A DNA stretch of 14,406 nt, taken from contig JBEQLE010000089.1 of assembly GCA_040326155.1 (NCBI GenBank), positions 1-14,406 of the forward strand, read 5' to 3'. Origin of the DNA: Leptospirales bacterium (lineage in GTDB: Bacteria; Spirochaetota; Leptospiria; Turneriellales; JAOUFE01). The notes under the pieces were generated by a model, which did no database searches, was not told where the DNA came from, and saw only the letters and a program-made list of their open reading frames with translations. The position numbers and the translations under genes are program-made. Shown piece by piece: positions 1-7,833 of this stretch; position 1 is the stretch's first letter, and each line of letters begins with the position of its first letter.

Positions 1-1100
1 AGACTGCTTTTACCGCTCCCTGCCACGCCGGTAATACAAGTTAGTACGCCTCGTGGAATATTAACAGTGACATTTTTCAGATTATGAACACTGGCATTTT
101 TAATTGAAATATAATCTATAGCATTTTACCGAATATAAGATGCTTTGGATTTTTTTAACAGAAATTGTCCGGTTATGCTTTCGGTATATTTTATTCCGGC
201 TGGTTCTCCAGAATAGACAACATTTCCGCCAAGACTTCCCGCTTTTGGTCCAATATCAATTATCCATTCCGATGCTTTGATGATTTCCGGGTCATGCTCG
301 ACAACAAAAACGCTATTTCCTTTATCTCTCAAGTGAAGAAGTACTGATATCAGCTTTTCCGTATCGCGCGGGTGCAGTCCAATGGAAGGCTCGTCAAGAA
401 TATATAGTAAATTGATCAGATTGCAGTCCAATTGTTTTGCCATTTTGACTCTTTGTGATTCCCCGCCGGAAAGCGTAGAAACCGCTCTGTCTAATGAAAT
501 ATAACCAACGCCAATATCAATCAGCTGTGATGATAGATATTGAGCCTTTCGTAATATGGGAGCAGCAATTTCATCCTTAATCTCGGAAAGAAATGCCAAT
601 ACATCGGGTTGTTCCATTTGACATAGTTGCTCAATGCTGGTTCCGTTAATTTTTGCAGAAAGGGCTTTGTCGTTTAAACGACTCCCATTACAGGCGCTGC
701 AATCGGAATAAATGATGTATTTTCTATAGGCATCTTTTTTTTCATCAGGGGATTCATCCTCCGCTTTGCCAGCGACGCCCTTTTCGATTTTACGCGCGAT
801 TCCTTCAAAATTCTTTGAGTAGGTAAGTTTCTTTTTCGAATCGTTGATAGCAAAAGGTTCTGAATAAAGCAAGGAGTTCAATTCCTTGTCTGTAAAATCT
901 TTTAGTTTTTTATCCACGTCAAACAGTTCAAGAGCGATAAGCTCCCTCCATAAATAACCATGAATTTTATAATTAGGATGCGTGATCGCTCCATCACGTA
1001 TTGATTTTTCTTTGTCGATAAATAAATCGATATCAACACGCACCTTCTTTCCGAGTCCATGACAATCCGGGCACATTCCATCAGGATGGTTAAATCTACT
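1..1100 (-). pseudogene. uvrA: UvrA-family (class II / UvrA2 / DrrC-like) ABC ATPase, 5'-truncated, with an in-frame stop; runs off the left edge
   Basis: Motifs: FNHPDGMCPDCHGLG, CSACNGSRL, signature LSGGESQR, Walker B LYILDEPSIGLH, VVEHD. After TAA at 128..126 the same frame continues [42 protein letters not shown] (second Walker A). The first Walker A region is absent and the first ~34 aa of ORF 126..1202 look non-homologous. Confidence 0.88.
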
Positions 1101-1301
1101 GCAGAATATCTTCAAAAATAATTGCACATAATGGGGTGGTGTTATCTGGAGTTTTGGGATTCCTTGCACCGTATGGCGAGCAAAAAAATAAAATCGCAAC
1201 ATAATCTTTTTTCAGTGTATTTATTAAATTCTTGCTTAAAAGTAAACTGGTCGTGTTGAAATTATAAACAATATTAAGTTTTCATTATACGAAACCATTT
1301 T

Positions 1302-1577
1302 TTATTTTATACCTTTACTTAGTAAAAGTATTGAAAGAAAGAAAAAAATACAAGCCAGGACTGCGATTATCAACTGCCATGTGGCAAATTGTCCTAGAGA
1401 TGGATTTGCGAATAACTTCTTTAAAATACCATATAGCCAAGCTGTTGTAAGAACTCCAATAAAAAGTGCTTCGCCAAACGTTTTAAAATCGGTTCTATAC
1501 TCAGCCTGACAATCAGCACATACTGTGGCTGTTTGTTCAATATTGTGGGAACAAAAAGGGCAAATAATGCCACTCGT
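1302..1577 (-). pseudogene. Zinc-ribbon plus two-TM small membrane protein with no canonical start (ACG at 1577..1575)
   Basis: Hand translation gives 91 open codons: TSGIICPFCSHNIEQTATVCADCQAEYRTDFKTFGEALFIGVLTTAWLYGILKKLFANPSLGQFATWQLIIAVLACIFFFLSILLLSKGIK*. Two CxxC pairs and two hydrophobic segments; in-frame TAA upstream at 1589..1587. Confidence 0.6.
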
Positions 1578-1739
1578 ATAGGAATATTAGTGGTAACAGG
1601 TTATGACAGCTAACGCTTTGTCATATGAAGTGCTCAATTTGAAATATTTTCAACGCAATAATTCTGGTTTTTGGGAAATAAATAAACTGAAATTCCGTAG
1701 TATTGTTATTGAAAAACGCATATAGAGAATCTGCAAAAA

Positions 1740-1781
1740 CATATTGACAATGTGGTGTATTTGTGCTACATTGTCAATATG
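1740..1781 (+). promoter_or_regulatory. Sigma70 promoter and palindromic operator of dinJ-yafQ (probably leaderless)
   Basis: TTGACA 1744..1749, 17 bp, TACATT 1767..1772 (with TGn extension), 6 nt, ATG 1779. Perfect 14-bp inverted repeat CATATTGACAATGT (1740..1753) / ACATTGTCAATATG (1768..1781). Confidence 0.85.
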
Positions 1782-2036
1782 AAAGATGCAACAGTGCGGG
1801 CAAGAATTGACGGAAGTACAAAAAAGAAGGCAGAAAAAATATTGCATAAATTAGGATTATCCACATCAGAAGCAATCAATGTATATTTCAATCAAATATT
1901 ATTGAACAATGGGCTACCTTTTGAATTAAAAGTTCCAAATAATCAAACTAAAAAAGTATTTAAAGAAAGTGAAAATCGGAAAAACCTGGTCAAGGCCAAG
2001 AATGCAGATGACATGTTTGATAAACTTGGAATTTAA
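1779..2036 (+). CDS. dinJ: RelB/DinJ-family antitoxin
   Basis: MKDATVRARID...KKAEKILHKLGLSTSEAINVYFNQILLNNGLPFELKVPN matches the RelB/DinJ ribbon-helix-helix pattern. Start moved to ATG 1779; abuts the toxin gene. Confidence 0.9.
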   Translation: MKDATVRARIDGSTKKKAEKILHKLGLSTSEAINVYFNQILLNNGLPFELKVPNNQTKKVFKESENRKNLVKAKNADDMFDKLGI

Positions 2037-2303
2037 GTGTTAAACCCTCTTTACCATAATAAATTCGATAAAGATATAATTCGGATGAGAAAACGTGGTA
2101 AGGGAATCGATAAGTTAAAAAGTGTAATTAGAAAGTTAATTGATCAAGAAGAATTATCTAGAAATTTGAAAGACCAAAAATTAATCGGTGATTTTGTAGG
2201 ACGGAGGGAATGTCATGTGGAGCCTGATTGGTTATTAGTATACAGAATTGAAAACAACGATATTATTTTCGAGCGAACTGGAACACATTCTGATATATTT
2301 TAA
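2037..2303 (+). CDS. yafQ: YafQ-family (RelE superfamily) ribosome-dependent mRNA interferase toxin
   Basis: FDKD, RECHVEPDWLLVY and C-terminal RTGTHSDIF motifs; GTG directly follows the antitoxin stop. Confidence 0.92.
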   Translation: MLNPLYHNKFDKDIIRMRKRGKGIDKLKSVIRKLIDQEELSRNLKDQKLIGDFVGRRECHVEPDWLLVYRIENNDIIFERTGTHSDIF

Positions 2304-2502
2304 TGAGAAGTTTGCCGATACTTATAGGTATTTTATCAATATCAAACTTTCACAAAAATTCCACACACCAGCACCCCACGTTCATATAAAAGGGGGAGCG
2401 TAGAACCGGAGGTTCGCGGCGGGGGGAAAATAGATTTTCGGGTAGAAGTATGTACCTCTTTTCTCCGCTTTATATTTTCCTAGAATTGCTGTCTTCTTAT
2501 AA

Positions 2503-3099
2503 CTACTCTTCATCCTTATAAATAATAGCGCTCTCACTTTCTACATGACAGTATTCACACCCTTCGCGCTCACCATGGGGCGATTTTATTGCGAGTGAAC
2601 CCGTCTCGGAGGCGTGACATACTTTACAATTTTCTCTGTTCTGTTTGGCGTGTGGCATTCGCGGCGGTGGGCCGGCGTTTTCAGCGGGGTCGACCGAGGG
2701 GTCCACGGGAGCTTTTTTGCTCGTAATGCGAAATGGTTCAAACGTGTTTTCTACAAACTGTTCGTCTGTGTTTTGTGGAACGTGACACTGAACGCAATTT
2801 AGCCAGGTGGGGTGGGGAACAATGGGACCTACTACACGATCGGCGATTCCTTCGGTTTGCTCATTTTTGAGGGTAAACCCTTTTTCATGGCAAACAAGAC
2901 AACGTCTATAGGCGGTCTGCGTTGTCGAATGAGGAACTTGGGGAGGAGCCCCATCATAGGCTCGTAAAATATTTCGTTTTTCTCGTAGTTCTTCCAGGGG
3001 AGTTTTCGAGGTACACCTGAGCGCAGTAAATGCAAAAATAACAACGCAGGAAACAAAAATCGAAAGGGTTGGAAACGAGAAGCGATTTAGAATATTCAT
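2503..3099 (-). CDS. napB: NapB-like cytochrome c subunit with a duplicated diheme domain (four CxxCH)
   Basis: NapB-type APPQVPH and CVQCHVPQ motifs; CLVCH, CVQCH, CKVCH, CEYCH; N-terminal hydrophobic signal. ATG 3099 is preceded by AAGGA and lies 2 nt after the napA stop. Confidence 0.85.
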   Translation of the reverse strand: MNILNRFSFPTLSIFVSCVVIFAFTALRCTSKTPLEELREKRNILRAYDGAPPQVPHSTTQTAYRRCLVCHEKGFTLKNEQTEGIADRVVGPIVPHPTWLNCVQCHVPQNTDEQFVENTFEPFRITSKKAPVDPSVDPAENAGPPPRMPHAKQNRENCKVCHASETGSLAIKSPHGEREGCEYCHVESESAIIYKDEE

Positions 3100-3101
3100 T
3101 T

Positions 3102-5471
3102 TTAATCCTTTTCTACTTTGACGGCGCATTTTTTATAATCGGGTTGTTTCGAAAGAGGGCAGTGTGCATCGAGGGTCAGCACATTGACCAGCATATCTTC
3201 ATCGAAAAACGGGGTAAAAACCAACCCTGGTTTCGGAACCGCCCGGCCGTTTACTTGAGCCGGCATAACCAGACTGCCGCGCCGGGTGCTCAATTTAACA
3301 TTGTCCCCATTTTTTATGCCAAGGTTTTTGGCATCGTCGGGGTGAATTTCAACATAAGATTCGGGAACAGCCTGGTGAATTTGTTCGACTCTTCTTGTCA
3401 TAGAACCAGAGTGCCAGTGTTCAATAACTCTGCCTGTACATAACCAGAAGGGGTATTCTTTATCGGGCTCTTCCGGAGCGCTTTCATAAGGACGGTGCCA
3501 GATTACAGCTTTATTGCCATATTTTTTATTACCATAAAACGAGAATTTTTCACCTTTTTTTACATAGGGGTCAGAACCTTCCCGATATCTCCATCTCGTC
3601 TCTTTGCCATTGACTACGGGCCAGCGAAGTCCTCTTTCTTTTTTCAGTTGGTCGTAAGTGGCAAGGTCTTTACCGACACCCACTGTAAATTTTCGATACT
3701 CTTCAAACAGACCGCGCGCTTGTTCTTTTTCTGTTTCCCAGGGAAACAAGTGCCCATAGCCCATTCTTTTGGCTACTTCAATAAGCTGCCAGGCGTCGGG
3801 AGTACAATCACCCGGTCCATCGACCATTTTTTCCCATTGCTGGGTGCGCCTTTCGGAGTTCCCAAAACAGGCTTCGCGTTCGACCCACATTGACGCGGGT
3901 AAAATTACATCGGCAATATCGGTAGTGGGTGTGGGGTAAATATCGGATACGACTATAAACGGTTTATGTTTTTCAATACCCTTTAAAAATTTATCGTGAT
4001 CGGGCAGGGTAACCATCGGGTTTGTCACCTGTATCCACATGGCTTTAATATTGCCATCTTTCAGTTTACGAAACATAGCCATCGTATGGGCGCTTGGTTT
4101 TTCAGGTATAGTACCCGGTTTGACGCCCCATGTTTTTTCGGCAAAATCCCGGTGTTCTTTTTTCATGACAACTCGACCGCCGGGCAGACCATGCGTTAAC
4201 GTACCTACTTCACGAACAGTTCCGCACGCCGAGGGTTGACCGGTTAGAGAAAATGGACCCGAACCAGGCAGTGAAATTTTCCCTGTAAGAAGATGAATAT
4301 TGTAGACCAGATTGTTAATCCAGGTTCCCCTTGTGTGTTGGTTCATTCCCATACACCAGAACGAAACAATTTTGGTTTTTGGGTTGGCATAAAACGCGGC
4401 CAGTTCTCGAATGGTCTGTGCGCTTACACCGCTAATCTTTTCGGCGTATTCAGGAGTATACTCTTTTAGAAATTCTTTATATTCGCCAAAAGAAGTGAGG
4501 GTTCCTGTAATTTTGGGAGCAGGTTCACCTTCCAGCCCATACCCAATCTGTGTCGTTCCTTCTTTATACACGGTAAAGTTTTGTATAAAAGCGTTGTTGG
4601 TTTTTCCGTTATAAACAATTTCATGCGCAATCGCGTTGGCTATGGCTAAGTCCGATTGAGGGTTAAACATTAAAACCATATCACTGGCCTGGGTGGTGCG
4701 TGTTTTGCGTACGGTAATATCCACAATTTTTACATGGGGGGCCGTTCGCCTTCTTTCGGTAATACGACTGAACAAAACAGGATGAGTTTCGGCCATATTG
4801 TTACCCCATAAAACAAACATATCGGACTCTTCAATATCGTCGTAACAACCCATGGGTTCGTCTTTACCAAAGGTGGTAATAAAACCGACCACAGCCGAGG
4901 CCATGCATAAACGAGCATTGGCTTCAATATTATTGGTTCCAATAGCCCCTTTCATGAATTTTATACCGGCGTAACCATCTTGTATCGTCCATTGACCAGA
5001 ACCATACAAAGAGACAGAGTCGGGACCATGCTCTTTAATATTTTCCTGAAATTTTGTGGCAACCAGATCGAGAGCTTCACTGAGTTCGGCTTTTTGCAGC
5101 TTTCCGTTTTTACGTATATAAGCTGAGTCAAAACGATCTTCCCCATATAAAATTTCCCCTAAATGGTAACCTTTTACACATAAAAGTCCTTTGTTTACCG
5201 AACTTTTTTGATCGCCTGCAATAGCCACAACGCGTCCGTCACGAACACCGACCATCACACCGCAACCGACACCGCAAAATCGACAAGGGGCTTTTTTCCA
5301 CTCAATGGAAAGCTCTTCTAAAATATTACCGGCGTTCTCTTCTTTACAGCCTGGAAAAAATGCCGCTCCGGCAATGGAAACAGCGTACGCGGCTCCGATT
5401 TTTTTTAAGAAACTGCGTCGGCTTATTTCACCTTCAGGTTTCTTCTTTTCTGGTTGTATGGTTTGTTTCAT
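3102..5471 (-). CDS. napA: Periplasmic nitrate reductase catalytic subunit (Mo-bisPGD, 4Fe-4S)
   Basis: Tat motif SRRSFLK; [4Fe-4S] motif CRFCGVGC...LCVKG; Mo-ligand ARLCMASAV; FSLTGQPSACGT; MGMNQH; C-terminal DYKKCAVKV. Start placed at ATG 5471 after AAGAAGGG. Confidence 0.97.
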   Translation of the reverse strand: MKQTIQPEKKKPEGEISRRSFLKKIGAAYAVSIAGAAFFPGCKEENAGNILEELSIEWKKAPCRFCGVGCGVMVGVRDGRVVAIAGDQKSSVNKGLLCVKGYHLGEILYGEDRFDSAYIRKNGKLQKAELSEALDLVATKFQENIKEHGPDSVSLYGSGQWTIQDGYAGIKFMKGAIGTNNIEANARLCMASAVVGFITTFGKDEPMGCYDDIEESDMFVLWGNNMAETHPVLFSRITERRRTAPHVKIVDITVRKTRTTQASDMVLMFNPQSDLAIANAIAHEIVYNGKTNNAFIQNFTVYKEGTTQIGYGLEGEPAPKITGTLTSFGEYKEFLKEYTPEYAEKISGVSAQTIRELAAFYANPKTKIVSFWCMGMNQHTRGTWINNLVYNIHLLTGKISLPGSGPFSLTGQPSACGTVREVGTLTHGLPGGRVVMKKEHRDFAEKTWGVKPGTIPEKPSAHTMAMFRKLKDGNIKAMWIQVTNPMVTLPDHDKFLKGIEKHKPFIVVSDIYPTPTTDIADVILPASMWVEREACFGNSERRTQQWEKMVDGPGDCTPDAWQLIEVAKRMGYGHLFPWETEKEQARGLFEEYRKFTVGVGKDLATYDQLKKERGLRWPVVNGKETRWRYREGSDPYVKKGEKFSFYGNKKYGNKAVIWHRPYESAPEEPDKEYPFWLCTGRVIEHWHSGSMTRRVEQIHQAVPESYVEIHPDDAKNLGIKNGDNVKLSTRRGSLVMPAQVNGRAVPKPGLVFTPFFDEDMLVNVLTLDAHCPLSKQPDYKKCAVKVEKD

Positions 5472-5497
5472 TATAGCCCTTCTTCTCGTTCTTTTTT

Positions 5498-5746
5498 TCA
5501 AATTTCTATAGTGGCAATAGCTTCGTCTGAGGCGTTAAATACTACGGATGTATTGACTACACCCTCCAGCGATTGTATTGATTCAATAATAGCATAATCG
5601 GTTTTGGAATCGACGGTATCTGTAACAGCGACCAAACGTCCCGCACCGGTTGCGGTTATTTCAACATTACCCATTTGGTTGATGGCGTCCGTGACTTCTA
5701 ATGTTTTATTTTCCGGTAATTCAATTAAAATCGCAGATATAGGCAT
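5498..5746 (-). CDS. napD: NapD chaperone for the NapA Tat signal
   Basis: About 82 aa, MPISAILIE...GRLVAVTD...IQSLEGVVNTSVVF matches the NapD pattern. Directly upstream of napA; AAGGA before ATG 5746. Confidence 0.85.
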   Translation of the reverse strand: MPISAILIELPENKTLEVTDAINQMGNVEITATGAGRLVAVTDTVDSKTDYAIIESIQSLEGVVNTSVVFNASDEAIATIEI

Positions 5747-5951
5747 ATTTTTCCTTCTCAAACTTTTTTACCATAAATTCATTTTGTTACTAAAGTACAA
5801 GAACAGTTCAAAAACGCAAATAAAAAAATAAAACCTGCCATAAATTTGCTTTACTGCATTGACAAACCAGCAAATATCTGCAATTGGTAGAATACGTTAA
5901 CGATTGTACTAAATATTCAGAGGTTGAATAATCGAAAGTAAGGAGAACAAT

Positions 5952-6563
5952 ATGCATCAACTCAGAAGAAAAATTCGCAATATAATGATGGTTTCAGGCT
6001 TAATTATTTTTTCTGGCCTCATGTTCGCTGGTTGCGCTAATAACGGCATGTGCGCAGATATAGACAGAAGTTCTGGTGGTAGCGGAAGTGTTTCGTCCGT
6101 AGATGCAACCAATGATCTTACAAAATCAGAGGCCACTGAAATTTTAAGACAGGTAAATGCTGTTCGCTCAGAGGGAGACTGCGATTGCCCGGCCTCCGAT
6201 GGCGATTCGGCTTCTTCTCATGACTCGCTAAACACGATCTCCTGGAATACAAAACTGGAGAAAGCCGCCTCAGCTCACTCAATTGACATGGAGTTCAATG
6301 ACTTTTTTTCTCATACAGGAACCGGCAATACATCAGTGAGCGACCGCGTAACATTACAAGCCTATGCCTGGGTCTATGTAAACGAAAATATTGCAGCAGG
6401 TTACTCCTCGGTTACGGAAGTAATGGACGGTTGGCTAAATAGCGGTGGCCATTGCAGAAATATTATGGCATCGACACCAAATGACATCGGCGTTGGCCTG
6501 ATCTACGATAATGGCGCGGCAACATACTCCAGCTATTGGACCATGGATATGGGAAAACAATAG
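5952..6563 (+). CDS. CAP (SCP/YkwD-like) domain lipoprotein
   Basis: VNAVRS, WNTKLEKAASAHSIDM, FFSHTG, ENIAAG and WLNSGGHCRNIM motifs; lipobox FAGC; RBS AAGGAG at 5940..5945. Confidence 0.92.
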   Translation: MHQLRRKIRNIMMVSGLIIFSGLMFAGCANNGMCADIDRSSGGSGSVSSVDATNDLTKSEATEILRQVNAVRSEGDCDCPASDGDSASSHDSLNTISWNTKLEKAASAHSIDMEFNDFFSHTGTGNTSVSDRVTLQAYAWVYVNENIAAGYSSVTEVMDGWLNSGGHCRNIMASTPNDIGVGLIYDNGAATYSSYWTMDMGKQ

Positions 6564-6588
6564 ATTTTTTGAAGCATAAATATCATGA

Positions 6589-6633
6589 GGGGAAAGCAAG
6601 GAAAGTTCTGGGCCTCGATTTTTCTGTTTCCCC
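6589..6633. terminator. Imperfect stem-loop between convergent genes (possible terminator)
   Basis: GGGGAAAGCAAGGAAA can pair imperfectly with TTTTTCTGTTTCCCC between the CAP stop (6563) and the wHTH stop (6655). Confidence 0.35.
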
Positions 6634-6654
6634 CCGCTGCAAATTTTCTGTAAT

Positions 6655-7041
6655 TTACACAATAAATCTATAGTTATATTTCAACTGCTTCGGCGTACTC
6701 TTTGGCAGAAAGATTTTCCGCTTCCCCTTTTGGTTGTGTCGACGTCTTTCTTGAAATAATTTTTCCTTTTCGGATATTGGGATTGTATTATAAACGATTT
6801 TTATAATATCTTGAACAGGTTTCGAAAATGGCGATTTTGGATTAAACTGATATAATCTTGCCCGGCCAACGACTTTGGAAACAATAATATTTGCATTTTC
6901 AAAACGCTCTAATTGATTCCTGACCTGGTTCTCGTAAATTGAATAATCTCTTGCAATCGCTGCAGCATGGATTTCACCGTAGTGCATTATATGAATCAAA
7001 CATTTTTCCGCAGTTTTATTACCGAATATTCCTTCTAACAT
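6655..7041 (-). CDS. Winged helix-turn-helix (ArsR-like) DNA-binding protein
   Basis: MLEGIFGNKTAEK...AAAIARDY...VRNQLERFENANIIVSKVVGRARLYQFNP fits a wHTH fold with wing. Confidence 0.8.
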   Translation of the reverse strand: MLEGIFGNKTAEKCLIHIMHYGEIHAAAIARDYSIYENQVRNQLERFENANIIVSKVVGRARLYQFNPKSPFSKPVQDIIKIVYNTIPISEKEKLFQERRRHNQKGKRKIFLPKSTPKQLKYNYRFIV

Positions 7042-7069
7042 TGTATTACCAATTTATACTGCAAAGATC

Positions 7070-7115
7070 ATAACCACCAATATTTGGTTGATATAAACCA
7101 AATATTGGTGGTTAT
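7070..7115. promoter_or_regulatory. 20-bp perfect inverted repeat, probable operator of the wHTH gene
   Basis: ATAACCACCAATATTTGGTT (7070..7089), GATATA, AACCAAATATTGGTGGTTAT (7096..7115). Starts 29 bp upstream of the ATG and overlaps a minus-strand TATGAT (7072..7067). Confidence 0.7.
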
Positions 7116-7448
7116 CAAATGGCAAAGGCTTTTTTCCCTTTTTTAATATTGAATATCAAGCTTGAATCTGCCTTTTTCTACACCCACAACTGGAAAATAT
7201 GTTGACATACAGTAGATGCGTCATTAATTTTGAATTAATAAGCTTCGGTCGTAGTCATTTACTTGATGAACACCGGGGTGTTGACGTTATTATATCGCGT
7301 ATTAGCTACACTCGATTTAAAGAATATTCCGTCCCATTTACTCCAAAGGGTCAAAAAAATTCCAAACTTCTTAATATTGTAGCCGTGTAATTACGGCAAA
7401 GGTTTTGAATCATCATACTTATTGCAAGCGCGTTTTATCAAATTATTC

Positions 7449-7483
7449 TTGACACCCTAATAAATAGGGTATACATTGGGGTT
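7449..7483 (+). promoter_or_regulatory. Sigma70 promoter and operator of higB2-higA2 (probably leaderless)
   Basis: TTGACA 7449..7454, 17 bp, TACATT 7472..7477, 6 nt, GTG 7484. Palindrome ACCCTA-ATAAA-TAGGGT at 7454..7470 occupies the spacer. Confidence 0.85.
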
Positions 7484-7819
7484 GTGACAAGGGAGTTTGT
7501 ATACCTGCCGTCGTTCGATAAAGAGTGGGAATTACTCGGCTTCGAGCATGAGGACTTTTTAAAATTAGAAAATTATTTATTAGAAAACTCCCAATTATCG
7601 CCTGTAATTTCCGGTACTGGAGGTCTCAGAAAGTTGCGATGGGCAATACCGGGGAAGGGAAAACGAGGTGGTTCACGAATAATTTATATTGATTTCGTAG
7701 CCTTCAGTAAAATATACTTAATCACTGCATATCCAAAAAGTCAAAAAGATAACCTTACAATTGCAGAAAAAAATATTTTGAAAACACTTGTAAGAAAACT
7801 TAAAAATGAGAATATATAA
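7484..7819 (+). CDS. higB: RelE/ParE superfamily toxin, HigB-2 type
   Basis: ISGTGGLRKLRW...GKGKRGGSRIIY...IYLITAYPKSQKDNLT is the typical HigB-2 pattern; toxin-first order. Confidence 0.9.
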   Translation: MTREFVYLPSFDKEWELLGFEHEDFLKLENYLLENSQLSPVISGTGGLRKLRWAIPGKGKRGGSRIIYIDFVAFSKIYLITAYPKSQKDNLTIAEKNILKTLVRKLKNENI

Positions 7820-7833
7820 GGTGGTAAAAAACT

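Noticed and set aside
1101..1202. ORF-track N-terminus of the UvrA-like protein
   Set aside because: No resemblance to UvrA and no Walker A; looks like a chance open frame beyond the truncation.
2614..5831. Short antisense and alternate-frame ORFs over the nap genes (also those over the 571-aa, FGE, lnt and tetR genes)
   Set aside because: Shadow ORFs of well-supported genes, with no recognisable motifs.
5859..5873. FNR-like box TTGAC-AAACC-AGCAA upstream of napD
   Set aside because: Spacing is N5 rather than N4 and the second half-site is poor.
7199..7390. 63-aa ORF
   Set aside because: Its start overlaps a -35 element and it has no recognisable motif.
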